This document shows positions 35,298 through 48,441 of a stretch of 64,000 bases of DNA, in pieces. Under the pieces are notes generated by a model. The model searched no databases. It had not been told where the DNA came from and saw only the letters and a program-made list of their open reading frames with translations. The stretch covers positions 50,034,001-50,098,000 of the forward strand of contig NC_135656.1 of NCBI RefSeq assembly GCF_964188315.1, given 5' to 3'. This DNA comes from Podarcis muralis (Eukaryota). Every line of letters starts with the position of its first letter. Position 1 is the first letter of the stretch. The translations under genes and the position numbers were made by a program.

Positions 35298-37687
35298 GCC
35301 AACGGGCAACAATGCTTGTCATGACAATTGCTAGTGAATCCGTACTGCAGCAGTAGCATGAGAAATCTTCTTATTCCCCAATTATATACATTTTCTTTTC
35401 TTTTCTTTTTAAAAAGTCAAACATTAGTCACAGCTGAAGAAAAAAAAAACACCACCAGATTGTTCTGCCTGCAACAACACCCTCAATACGCGCCTTGGCA
35501 TCCTTTAAGTAATAGAGACAAGAGACAAACAGGATGCCAAATTTCCATGGACTGCAGGAGCTCCTGGGCAACAAAGGATAGAGGTGCAAGCATGATTTTG
35601 AAAAGCCAGTGAGACAAAACCTTAGTAACTAGGTTTCAAGTATGCATGTTAAAAGACTTATCTGGAGGTAGGATCTTTACAACTTGCTTTGGGCATTCCC
35701 ACCATGATTCCAATCAGCAGGGTAACCTGACACAGAATCTAGCTGCCAGAGTGTATTTAACACAATGGCTCCCTCCTCCCCCCCCCCACCTTGCAGACCA
35801 CTTGAAAATTGATGAAGGTCTTGGAGGACCACTTGATATTTTTTCTGCCTATTGTAGCAATTGTAGTGTGCAGTGCCAGGTGCTATATGATTTTTAATTG
35901 TATTTTTATCGATTACTGATTCTTATATACTGTATTTTATTGTATTACACTTTGAGTCCCATATGATTTGAATTACAATTGTAATTCAACATGAATATTT
36001 AATATGTGATGGATGTGCCATCTCCAGTCTTCAACCACAAATCCATGGGTGCACCAAGGACCACCTCAATGAAGCTCGCAGCCCACTGATGGCCCATGAA
36101 CCACAGTTCGGGAACCCCTGATCCAAGATACAGAGGTGTTTAAAGAAGATGAAAAGGGGTGCTTAGAAAAGCCACCCCTGTTGGACATCCACAAGAAATG
36201 CAGGTTGAGCAGAGCCTGGTTTGTGGCCTGAGACAAGTAGGCTATGAACTAGGCCAGCTTGACTTGCACTTTGAGCAGCTTCACCACCTCCACCTGCCCT
36301 TGCCCCCCAGTGCAGAAGGCAGCAGGTGCTGCAGCTTCTCAGCTCTAGGAGCCTTTTTGGATTGAAGAATAGGATAAAAAAAATTTAAAATAAAATAGGT
36401 AAGCAAATATTTCATTATTCAAAACTACAAGAAAGCAGTAATTACAGCCAGTTCCCCACCCCCAACAAGAATAGAAACTTACATTAAGGGGTGATTAAGG
36501 AAGCTAATAGGGGAAGTTAATGGGCCATCCTTCATTAATCCCATTGCCCTGCTCAACAGAAAGCAATAAAAGGGTAGAACCAGTATGTAGGAAAGTTTTA
36601 ATTAAAGGTGCAGGAGTTCTGAAAAGCCTCAACAGCACTTTGCCTGTTCACACTGGACAGGCCAGCACTGCAACTGTCTTTGTAATATTTTTTAATGCCA
36701 CAGATCAGGTCTGGGGAAAAAGGAGGAGGCATAGTCTAACACAGAAAACACTGGAATACAACTGCTTTCCACAGAAGTTGTCTGGATTCTCCATAAATGA
36801 ACAAATTTCAGACCAAAGGGAAATAGCCTGGCCTCATCTGAAATAAAACCATTCCACTTAATTTTTGCTCACAAGAAATACAAGTTGAGTCCAATGGGAC
36901 TTGCTCCCAGGATTGAAGTTTAAATGATCCTGGTGATTTCCTGGCCCCAGTCTCTAATCTAGTTTCTCACTCTGTGTCATTTTTTTCATTGCTGTCTCTC
37001 CTTGAAGTCCATTACCAAGGCCTCCATGGTGGATGGCAGTAAGATGACCCATCCTGTGCTAGCGATTGCTAACAAGATGACCCTCCATATACAACCCATT
37101 GTAAACATTACCTTAGTGATGAGAGAATAGTCATGAGAATTGGATCTAAGAGAGCAAAGATAGGACTTTTGTACTTTTGTACAAATGCAGTTTGCCTTTC
37201 ACACTGAGCTCAACAACTAGATCCTGATAGAATGAAAGTGATACCAGACACTGTACATTCAGGAGCATTTATAAAATAATTACTCCCCTTCCTTAAACAA
37301 AAATAATATAACAGTATAACAGAGAAGGCAATTCTGTGTAACCTGAGCAACTTCCCCACCCACAGCTTTATCTAGATTTTTCACTTTCTTCTGGAGTTCT
37401 GCTACTTTGATAGGTTTCAGAATCCACAAGCTCCAACAGTGAGTCAAGTCTGGTATGGTAAACACTAGTCTATAGCAATGGTCTCTTAACTTCCTAGTTT
37501 CAGCAGCCTCTTTCCCATGTTAGCTTGTCTGCAGGCTTTCATGATTGCCTCCTGTTAAGAGTGAGAACACACCTAATTGTCTCCTGTAGCTGCGCATTAC
37601 AAGGGAAGATTTGGAATTGTGGGCAGAGTGCCTGTAGAGAAAGCTTGCCCATCTTTCTGGAACCTTTCCCATGGTAGAACAGCGAAG

Positions 37688-37806
37688 AAGAGCCCTAGCT
37701 CAGTGGTACAGAACACCTGAAACCCTGGAAAGTCAGCATAGACAATACTGTACTGAGTTAGATGGACCAGTGGTTTGAATAGGTATCAGGAAGCTTCCTT
37801 TGTTCC
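37688..37806 (+). mobile_element. Internally deleted Squam3-like SINE
   Basis: tRNA-like start ctagctcagtggtacagaaca joined directly to cctgaaaccctgga...agacaatactg...gagttagatggaccagtggt...gcttcctttgttcct. Confidence 0.7.
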
Positions 37807-38269
37807 TTACCCCTTCTGGGGAAAAAACCCTAGTTTTCCTGAACACAAGTCTGAAAACCCATGACTTAGGGGTAGTGATTTCTGTGCCAACCACCCACAT
37901 ACATGCCCTCAGAACAGAAAAGGAGTTCTTGTCCATGCCCTTGTTTGCAAAGTTCTTTTTCAGGATATATTATTCTATGAATAGTGGCAATGGCCATTTG
38001 TAGACTAATGTAGACCCCAACCTCTTTCACCGCGGTACCCAGACTCCCAACTGGAGTTGTTCTTACATCCAAGGCTAACAGAGAAGAAATTCTGAGCCCT
38101 TGGTTAGATTATGCAAAGTTGTTGAAGCAAATGTCAGCAGTAGGGCTACTTAACCCACCAAGAGCGCATAAATGCTACAAGGCACCATGTCAGATTGATG
38201 TGGCATCTACAACACAGGAGATTTCATTCAGTTGAAGTTAGTTAGCGGTTTTAAATTTGAATATCCCAG

Positions 38270-38745
38270 CCCTATAGCCATATGCTCTCAGGGCAGCTAG
38301 CGCTCAGATAAAAGCGATCAACATAGCAGAAGTTTTTTATTAAAACAAAAATTTAATTAGCAGAAGCAGTTAAAAACAAACAAACCACACATGCAAATCT
38401 TGCAGCAGTATAACACCCAATTTAGCTAATGTTTCGAAAGAACCTGGAAAATTAAGAAGGCAGCATTAAAAAGACACATAAAAGTAGGTGCCAGCTAAGT
38501 CCATGATGTGGTGCCACAGGCAGGAAGACCCTCTCCCTTAGTTGACACACACCTAACTTCAGAAGGCGAGGGCAATTAGAGAAAAGCCTCTGATGCTTAT
38601 CTTCACAGGCAGGCATGTACATGTGGGAAAAGGCAGTCTTTTAGGTAACCAGCTCCCAAACCCTGTGGAGCTCTAAAGTTAAGTACCAGCACCTTGAATT
38701 GTACAGAACTGTTCCAAAACTGGCAAGACACGTTCCCTTGGGCCA
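38270..38745 (-). mobile_element. L2 LINE 3' fragment
   Basis: Minus strand encodes VQFKVLVLNFRAPQGLGAGYLKDC, a degenerate L2 ORF2 C-terminal motif (QFKVLVLTFKALHGLGPxYL), followed by an L2-type 3' tail. Confidence 0.8.
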
Positions 38746-38907
38746 GTCCCAGTTAACAGCCTAGAGACGTTTCCTTTGTGTTCTTTCCGAATTTCAGAGC
38801 CTTCTTGTTGTTAGGAGGAAAAGATAAGAATAAAAGAAGGTGAGGCCCCCTTAGAGAAGCCTCAGCTGTGGCCTGGGAATGATTTTCAGCATTATTTTGG
38901 CCAGGCA

Positions 38908-38908
<1 letters not shown>

Positions 38909-38970
<62 letters not shown>
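38909..38970. repeat. Compound (TA)n(GA)n microsatellite
   Basis: About 12 TA units then about 19 GA units. Confidence 0.95.
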
Positions 38971-38972
<2 letters not shown>

Positions 38973-39864
38973 AAAAAGCACTGAATGCAGATAATTGTGC
39001 TAATTGCATGCACAAAGCACTCGGCTCGCTCTGAGCTGCTTGCTCACGGCCAGTGTCACTGAACCCACTTCAGCCAGCAATCTCCATTATGAATGAGAAG
39101 CGAGCATGATTTCATTGTCTGGCGAGGTTGAGAGAGGGAGGGAGAAGCGTGCTGTGCTTCCTAGCACCAGAGGCTCTTCCTCAAGTGCATGAGGGACACC
39201 CCAGCACAGAGTGCCCTATGCTAGTGTTGGGGGGGGGGGAGCGAGAGGAAGGAAGGGAAGAGATGCTGAACATGGAAGTAGGAAACAGCACCAAGCAACA
39301 GCACATGCATGAACTTGCATCAAGGTGGCCAACCACTACAGTGAATTAATTAGATTAAGCAAAAACTGGCTACAATATATTTATCCCATACAGCCCAAAG
39401 CTCTTCAACATCTTTCCAAAAAGACCCTCAAAGGGCCTCCTCTGGTCAGCAGGGGTTAAGAGTGGATGTTGTTCTTTAGGCTGCTGCATAGAAATATTCT
39501 CAAGTCAGCCCTAATTGTGTTCTCCCACCAACTGAGCATACTTTGGGCACTCTCCTGCTTTAGCTTAGCAGGAGGCACATTCCACAATACAGGCTGTACC
39601 AAACCCCAGAAAGGAGGGAGCCTATTGCAAAAGGTTTTTGGTTTTTTTAAAGGCTCATATTAGTTGCACAAATGGTCTAAACTGACAGAGAATCTATCAA
39701 TTAACCTAGAAGAAGGTTTTGCTGCTACTATCAGAGTTTTAGAAAAAATGCAGTTGATAGAATCTAAGCCTGTGATCAAACCAATGTTCTCTCTAGTCCA
39801 GAGTTCTTCAGAACCCAGAATGCATCTCTTCCAAGGCATGAATCAAGCAGCCAACCAGTCTTTT

Positions 39865-39869
39865 CAGAC

Positions 39870-39914
<45 letters not shown>

Positions 39915-39915
39915 G
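39865..39915. repeat. (CAGA)n microsatellite
   Basis: About 12 units with one GATA interruption. Confidence 0.95.
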
Positions 39916-41387
39916 CACAGTCCCAAGAATAAAGCATGCTTAAGCTTAAATGGATGAATATTTGTTTTGAAAAGGAAGGAGAAACCAGCACAGCAAACAA
40001 GAAAAGAATAAAAATTGAGCACTCAGGGCTTATCTACAACTTACCTTTTGCCCTGCACTTTCTAGGCATAGGTCTGCGCTATAAAGCTCCATGTCTCAGT
40101 GGGGTTTTTTTTGGGGGGGGGGGGGTATCCAAGCAGACTTGCTATTTAACACTGAATAGGAACAAACTGAAATTTGGTTTTTCGGTGGATTGCTGTTTGC
40201 TCCGATTCAGCAGTAAAGAGCAGGTTTTTGCAGGGAAAGTGTTGTGGCAAAAAAGAAAAAAAGCACCTGGACAAAGTGCTTTAAAGCGCAGGCCTAAAAA
40301 CACAGCACGAAAGGAAGTTTGGATGAGCCCTCAGTGCAATTCAGAAACTGAGCCTTCTCCTTTAATTCTAACCACATATCTTTTGCACCTGGTTGTTTGA
40401 TAGATCTTGAGGTTCTAGTAAAACAAAAATGAGGCAGATCCCCAAAACCTGCCCCCCCACCCCCAGTTAGAATACCAATACCAATAACAGCTCAAATTGT
40501 ATCCTTTTTCACAAGATATATTTTGCCATGCAAGGCCCAAACAAATTATTAGGTGCGACTTTTGAAATGTTAATGAGCTAGCTCAGTCATTGTCAATGCT
40601 CCCAGCGAGTCTGGAAGTTGAACAATGGGAGACAGAACCATCCTTCCTGACCCCAGTAGGAAGCCTGCATCTACTGAGGTTTCCCTCAACCCCTTTAAAC
40701 ATAGAGAAACAACTAAAGAAATGCCCGAGAAAATATTGATTATAATGTGCAAGTTTTTTGCACACATCATCATAAGCAGCAGGGCACAATTTGTATCAAC
40801 AGTTTTCCCCTGGGAGATTCCTTCCACATACCGGGTGGCTCACCTAGAGATTTGCATTTGGAAAGCACAATACTAGGCTGGAATTGTAAGAAGCATGTGC
40901 ATACATATGCTATATCATAAGATTCATCACCATCAGATATTTAAAACCTTCTAACAGCTTGCAGAACTATAACAAATGTTGCTCAAAGGCATTATTTGGG
41001 TTCTAAGAAAATCCCTGGAAAAAAAATTCAAGGGGTGTATCTTTCACATGCTACAGGAAGGGCCAAATAAAGGGACAACTTCCTGTCTATGCGCACTTGT
41101 GCAATACCATCATTACAGCAATGAATACTGCTAGGAACTGGCTCCCTGAAGCAACAAATGGGAAAATCCCAAGCCAGAAACTGGCTTGCAGTTTGCTCCA
41201 TGTCCTCACATGCAACAAACACATTGGGCGAAAGGGTGTGGGAGATTGATGTGTTAAGGCAGCAAAATGAGATGTTCTTTGAGCTTACCACATGCAAATA
41301 CTTGTAACTGGAAAACTGCTAGTCCTATTCTGGCTACCTGCACAGATCTGTTACTGTCCCTTGGTCCCAAAATCAGCCTTCTCGCTA

Positions 41388-41520
41388 GCCCTGAAGTGAG
41401 GAACCTATGGCTGGTGGGCTACACCTCCCATCCTCCCTGAGTACTGGCCATGCTGTCTCAGGCTGATGGGGGTTGGGAGTCCAGCAACATTCTAGAGGGT
41501 CATAGGTTTCCCACTACCAG
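41388..41520. mobile_element. ~130-bp palindromic hAT-like MITE, copy 8
   Basis: gtgaggaacctatggc...ctacacctcccatcctccctgagtactggccatgctg...gctgatgggggttgggagtccagcaacattctagagggtcataggtttcccacta. Confidence 0.75.
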
Positions 41521-43276
41521 CTTAAGCGCTTGCCAGTGAACTGCTACATTGATATCCATGGCTCCCGATTTATTTGTTCTTTCTAGTCCCTGGTCTGCCA
41601 ATGCATCAACACTGCTATTGTAACCTAACCCACCCCACAGAACCAATTTCATCAGATGCATGAAGTGCTCAACAATGTGGGTAGGATACCTTAATTATAC
41701 CTAGACAGCAGGTAAAAGAAGGGGGGAAATTGTGTAAGCTGTTCCAGAAGGGCAGCTATGAAAATGTCTTGCAAAAAGACAACAGAATCCTGCAGCATCT
41801 TTAAAGGCCAATGAATTTATTCTGACATCCAGATTTTGTGCTTCAGAGCCCACTCCAAGTTTGGCAGAAGCTAGAATCCAACAAGCACCTGGCCTGCAAA
41901 GAAGAAGGTTCGCCATCCCTGGACTAGAGGAAATACTGTTATGTGGCATCATCCATTCAGGTGATGACATCTTGCATCTGATGAAGTGGGTGCTGACACA
42001 CACACAAAAGTTTCAAAAGTTTATGCCACAGTAAAGTCACTAGTTCTTGAGGTGCCACACATGACTCTTTGTTGTGTTTGCAGAAACAAAACAAACTTCT
42101 GAAGTTTCATCTGTTCTACAGTCTCTCCTATAGACTAAAGCAATCTACTCGGCATGCAAGGATAGGCTTTTCAGTGCTCTGAGAATTGCTGCAGCAATTG
42201 GGTATGTAATAGTGGACATAAAGAATGCTATTGTCTTCACCCGCTGCATAGACATGAGCATCAACACTTCCTTCTCAAATGAAGCTGGAAATACAGAGTA
42301 GTTACCTTAAACCTGCTCTGACCGCGATTTAATGGGAGCGGCCCTTTCACAGTAGACTTTGCAATGAGCAAATATCTTCCACGCGGAGGCCAGGCCTTTG
42401 GAACCTGGGCTGTTAGCTCTGGTCTATGCCCACGAATCTCTCATGAAGCTGTGCCAGCTCTTGAGGCCCTTTGCCTCAAAGGTACGGATTAAGTAGTATA
42501 GTGAGTTTCACAACCACCACAGGGCTCTGCTGTTTTTGTAAGCTCAAGGGAAACTACCCAGTTTATAAATCAAGGAAGACTGCAAGAATGGGCCACCAGT
42601 GTTGAACAATGCCAGCATTATGGAATACCAAGACAAATCTGCTTAACAACAATAGTCTTAAAATGGAGGTTGTGGGCTGGGTAAGCTCTTAGTTCAGCAG
42701 GATGGAGTAGGAGGGGGTACGATAGTTCTCTGAAGGTGTGGTGTAATAGTAAGGCCTGAGTCTTGAACCCTTCAAAACAGAGTTCTTCTCACTTAAGAAT
42801 CAGAAGCTGAATTTAGAAGCCCTCAGAGGGTCTTCTGCAGACCTTGTGAAAGTGATGTAGTGTCCAACTAACTTGTTCCGTCACTGCCAAGATTTCTGCG
42901 CAAACATTAAAACTTCGCCCCTTCTCCTTGCCCTGCACATACCCCGTGCCCTCCCCAAATCTGCTCCAGAGAGTTGGGGAAGTCCCCAGAACAGATTTAG
43001 GGGACATGCAGAGGGGGAACAGATTGGGGGGATTTCCACTGCACAAGTTGAAATCCTTGCACTGACGGAATGAGTTAGTTGTACACTGCCCCATGTTCTT
43101 AAGTGTTTTGCTTCAAAAACAATAGCTACGTAAATCACACAACAGTTCTGATGACAAAAAAGCTGGTAGAAGCCTCTAACTGTGGATTTCTTGGGATAGA
43201 TGGTCTGGAAACAGTTTTAATACTTGAGGCACATATTCATGGTCAGCTAACATGCATTAGTGATCATTCTAATACC

Positions 43277-44200
43277 TTTCTTTTTTATATATATAAGTTT
43301 TTATTGTTAAAATAGTTCATCATTAATACACATATACAAGCTTACAAACATACATTTCATACAATCCTTAAAAGTGTTCAAACATACTTACACTCAATCC
43401 CACAAATAATTCCTTTCCCCATCACCATCCACCACCCCTCACCCCACCTTTGTGTTTGACTTCCAATCTACTCAATTACAATTTCTTTCCACTTCTATTA
43501 CTTTCTTTCACACACCTTTAGCCTAATTTCATACTTCTTTTTCTATTACACATTGTTATCCATCTTATTTGATATTTCAGTATTTGAAACGGAACTTGTT
43601 TATTCTAATAGGAGTTCTGATTTTTCGATATGATTTTGCAAGTATCTTTTAAACACCTTCCAGTCCCTATCTATCTTTTCTTTTGAAATCCTTCCAATTT
43701 CTTCCATTGTTTTGGATATATTGTAATACTCCAATAATTTGGCAAGCCACTCTGTTTTTGTCGGTATTATACCACTTTTCCAGTGGTATAATACCTTTCA
43801 ATTGGTCTATGACACAATCTTGGTGTGGAATTCAACATCATGCTCTTCCAATCGTTTCACTTGCACAAACATTTCAGTTTCCCAGAAGGAACAACCTCCC
43901 CTCTCCTCACTCCATGTGCTGCTCTGGGGGTTCTCCCATCACCCCCCTGAGTCAATCTGGGGGGGTGAAAGACATGTTGCACAAGCGGAAATCCTTACAC
44001 AGGGTTTCTATTTATGGGACTTGGTTAGGTGAATTCCATCCCATCCCTGGTTACTGAGGAGTTGTAAAAAATGGTGGATTTTCCATTGGGGGTTCTAATC
44101 TGGTTGAGTGATTATGATCTTAAGTCCTGGGGTGGTAGTTTTTCTGATTAAAAAGTAGGGGATATAAAAAAGGTGATTTGGTATATGTTGTACTGGGAAA
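43277..44200 (-). mobile_element. 5'-truncated L1/Tx1-clade LINE (ORF2 C-terminus, 3' UTR, A/TA-rich tail)
   Basis: 43600-43785 (-) reads HWKSGIIPTKTEWLAKLLEYYNISKTMEEIGRISKEKIDRDWKVFKRYLQNHIEKSELLLE*, matching the non-mammalian L1 ORF2 end (WK..P..W..L; DW..F..YL). AT-rich UTR and tail near 43277. 43796-44200 is more degenerate and its assignment is weaker. Confidence 0.7.
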
Positions 44201-44955
44201 ACTGAGCCAGAACTCAAAATACAAAGTGAGTTTGCTCAGAGAAGGACCCCTCTCTCCCCAGCTACAGTCTTTGGTCACTGGCACATGTTTAATTTGTCCA
44301 GCTGGCCATTTGGAACCAGTAAAAGGTCTTTAACAAGCTCCTGTGAACAGTGAGAAGAATAGACAGGAATGTCAACTCAGGACAAAAAACTCCTCCTGCG
44401 TAATTCATTCCATCTCTGAAATAGTCTAACTTAGTGGCACCTCCAAGCTAGATGTGTAAAGTTATGGCAGACTGGGGGGGAGGGAGGGTGCGGGGAGAGA
44501 GAAGGAAAAGGTGTAAGAGATAATTGCTCATCTCTTAGAGATATGCACATCAACCCAGCCAAGGTGTTAAGCACACAGCTTCAGATTTCCTTGCTGGATC
44601 AAGAACTTCACAAACAGAATGAATCCAGATACACATCTGCATTGCAATGCTTATAAGATGTAAGAAATTCATTATGGGTTCCCCATTTGTATTACAGTGT
44701 GGGTGGAAGCATGTCTTTCCATCTGTACTTCAATGTGGATGGGAATGCACATCTCCAGCTACTTTCTCAGTGCATGTGTACATGGTTGCACAGGAGTGCA
44801 TCTTAACTAGGGATATGGTCTGTATTGTGGTTTCTAACTCTGAGTTTTCCGTCAGCCAAATTAATGATTTCCCAAGCATGGTACAAGAAAAGGGGATTTT
44901 CAGAATGTTGCGAGAAGTTTCCTCTTATTATATATCAGGCAATAAACCAACCCTA

Positions 44956-45308
44956 GGTGGGTGGCGCTGTGGTCTAAACCACAGAGCCTAGGGCTTGCCG
45001 ATAAGAAGGTTGGCGGTTCGAATCCCCGTGACAGGGTGAGCTCCCGTTGTTCAGTCCCAGCTCCTGCCAACCTAGCAGTTCGAAAGCACGTCAAAGTGCA
45101 AGTAAATAGGTACCGCTCCGGCGGGAAGGTAAACGGCGTTTCCGTGTACTGCTCTGGTTCGCCAGAAGCAGCTTAGTCATGCTGGCCACATGACCCAGAA
45201 GCTATCTGTGGACAAACGCCGGCTCCCTCGGCTTATAGAGCGAGATGAGCGTGCAACCCCAGAGTCGTCCGCGACTGGACCTAACGGTCGGGGGTACCTT
45301 TACCTTTA
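44956..45308 (+). mobile_element. Sauria SINE (Squam1), near full-length, lacertid type
   Basis: gggtggcgctgtggtctaaaccacagagcctagggcttgccgat..gaagg..ggcggttcgaatcccc...gcacgtcaaagtgcaagt...cggcgggaaggtaaacggcg...gactggacctaacggtcggggtacctttaccttta. Retains many CpGs, so probably young. Confidence 0.92.
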
Positions 45309-47018
45309 GGCACACAGGGGTCTCCACTAAGTTTCTTGTGCTCCATTTGTCATCCACCACTGCCAAAGAGAGCAGAGTCTTTTGCACCAAATTCATATGT
45401 ACAGCAGTTTGCATCTTCCTCCAAAGCAACTTCAGAACCCTGATCAAAACTTGGCTGACCTCTTCCTTCCCCTCTGGAGTATTGGGTTAAAACAGGCTAA
45501 AACAGGGAACACTGCTGAGAATCAGCAGCTGCCTCTGCACATTTCAGCTGCAAAACTCTGGGTGGGAAGAGGCTTTGCTGAATGTTTAGAGCAAACACTT
45601 CTTTGCTCTTGGCATGGAATCCCATTGAGACAGGGCCAAGGAGGATGGGAACTCCAGGCAAACTGCCTCATAGTGCCAACACTTCCAGCACATTGGTTCA
45701 GTTTAGGACACCTGCTACACCACAGGCCAGAGGGAGGCTGCATTCTAATTGGCTGGTTGTGCATAGCGTTGCTACTATCCCATGGTGACATCTTTGCTCT
45801 GAATGCTCTCACCTCGTGACTTCTGACGCCAGTCAACTGGTGTGCCAGAGATACACATAGACAACTCCTCTTCCTCTGACCTCATGGAACAAATGAAAAG
45901 GAGAACTGAGAGCGGGGAAGAAGAAGAAGCAAGAATGAAGTAAAGGACAACCTATTGGGGGGCATGCAAAGAAATACCTGAAAGCACAAAACAACCCAGC
46001 AATATTTTTCCTACTGATCTGTTGAGAGAGATTTAAGAGCTTAACTCTCACACTGAACTCAGTGGGACTTAAAAGCCACTTTATGATGGCTGGATCACTC
46101 CCGTAATTGTGCAACAATCAAGCTTCAACAATTCTGGAAATCATCAAACAGGTCCTGGTTACTGTTTATGTTTTTAAGAATACATTTTTTAAGGTATTAA
46201 ATGAATGAGCAGTGAAACCATCAGCAAAATCTGCTTTCTTGGGCATATGGGTGGATTTCCCCATTACAATATGTGACAGAAAAGCACAGGTGTGTTTGTT
46301 TGTGAGAGAGAGAGAGAGACAGAGAGTGAGTGAGCGAGCATGTGTATTATGCTTCTACTTTCTGCCATGTGTTGTCTTTGCTGGAAATGGAACTCACACA
46401 AAGCTTGCTACACTTTACCGGGTAGAGATGCACAAGCTCCAGATTCCCACAAGAGAGAAGCAGCAGCGCCAATCAGTCAGGTATCTGCTTTTATGTCATA
46501 TAGCATATTGTGTGAAAAAAAGTTTAACATTCCACAAGGATTAAAAAAGGAAGGAGAAAAGTTAAAATAATCACAGTGCTAAACAGGAAGCCTACATTTC
46601 CTAGTGGAAGGGTGCTTATGGGAAAGAATTGCTTCAGAGATGATGCAAAGACAACACAGGCCCCTGGGGAGCTTGAGCTTCCTAATTATTTGTTTTGATT
46701 TTACATCACATATCTGCAAGAGATTAGTTCTTCTATTAATTCATTGTAGTAATAATTACAGGCCTCGGTCTGCATGCATCAAAATAAGTGAGTTGCTCAC
46801 GGACTACATCCATCCACAGCTGCTAGCTATGTTTTCAGGGTGGGGGGGACTCCTTTGCCTTTAACACCTGCATGACAAGTGCAAATTCAGCATGCAAAGC
46901 TGCACAGAAATACAGTAAGGCGGGGGGGGGGGAATCTTCACCTGTTGATTGTCTGGCTTCTGCAAGCACACTTCATTTACCAACTACATAGCCTTAAGAA
47001 AACTGAGGATGAAATGTA

Positions 47019-47277
47019 CCGTATTTTTCGCTCTATAAGATGCACCAGACCACAAGATGCACCTAGTTTTTGGAGGAGGAAAACAAGAAAAAAAATATTC
47101 TGAATCTCAGAAGCCAGAACAGCAAGAGGGATCGCTGTGCAGTGAAAACAGCCATCCCTCTTGCTGTTCTGGCTTCTGGGATAGCTGCACAGCCTGCATT
47201 CGCTCCATAAGACGCACACACATTTCCCCTTACTTTTTAGGAGGGGAAAAGTGAGTCTTATAGAGCAAAAAATATGG
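47019..47277. mobile_element. Tc1/mariner (pogo/Tigger-like) MITE, TA TSD
   Basis: TA|ccgtatttttcgctctataaga ... tcttatagagcaaaaaatatgg|TA, with an internal perfect 25-bp inverted repeat. Confidence 0.85.
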
Positions 47278-47518
47278 TAGTTTTTCATCTACCAGCACCA
47301 ATAAGTGAGGTGCCTGGGACCTTTAAAATAACGTGGGACTACTATACTGCTGGCCCATCCCTTCAGTAAATATGTCTCTATCAACAGTCCTCATCTCCAA
47401 AGGAATACCTGCTTTTATAACACTCCTGAATTCTTGAGGCATTTTACACCCAGGAAGCAATAACAGATCATAACCCTGAAAAGAAAGCTCACTCGCCCAG
47501 TATGCATGTCACTGTAAG

Positions 47519-47850
47519 CCACAGTTAATGGTTTACCATAGGGGTGGGGAACCTCAGGCCTGGGGGCTAAATGAGGCCCTCCAGGCTTCCCCATCTATCC
47601 CTTCCAACTCTCCCCAGTCCACCCCTCCCCCAAGTGTTTCTTTCTGGCTGGAATGTGTCCTTGAACTCTGGCAATGCCTCTTGCTTTTCTAGGCAGAGAA
47701 CAGAGGGGTGTGGGGCATGTGTGTAGAAATTAGTACACTGTAAAAGGTAAAATGTACACTCATTGCTCTACCTGCTTTTGCTCTGGCCCCACTGACCACT
47801 GGCACACAGCCCCCAGAAGATTACACAGAAGGATAGTGGCCCTTTGGCTA
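47519..47850. mobile_element. hAT-Charlie-type non-autonomous element, 3' end degraded
   Basis: Starts aggggtggggaacctcaggcctgggggctaaatgaggccctcc and ends near ggatagtggccctttggc; no clean right TIR. Confidence 0.55.
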
Positions 47851-48441
47851 TAAGCATGAATGCAGAGATCACTCATTTCATTCCTCTCCTAGTGAGAGCG
47901 GCAAATCATGACCCTTGGCTTACTGCTACATCTGAACTGGGGATCCTGGTTGGTTTCAATCAAACTACAATGAGGAAGCCAAGAACAAACCTTGGCTTCA
48001 TATTGTAGCTTATCTGGAGTGACGCAAACTGCAATACCCAGGTTGGATGTAGCGTCAAGTCAGGAATCGTGGTTTGTAGCTCCTGCTCTTGCTGAAGGAG
48101 CAGTGAAGCTCTCTCACCTTCTTAATTTGCTGGGTCATTGCCATATGCCAAGAAGGGGAGAGGAAAGGTAGCGGGAGCTTGGCATGGCGCAGGCACAACA
48201 TGGATGTGGCATCAACTTGGCTCCACAGCACACCGAGTTCCCACTGCCTTCCCTCTGTCTCGGTAAGTGGCAGTGACCTGGCACATTCAGAAGGTGGGAG
48301 AACAGCGCAGCCCCACTGGTTGCTAATGGCTCATGGTAAACTATTAACTCTGGTTTGTTGTGATGTGTAGATTCAGTCAGTGTGCCTGAATTCACCACAA
48401 GGCACCCCTGAACTCCCCACCGGCTTACACTCTGGGGTTTT

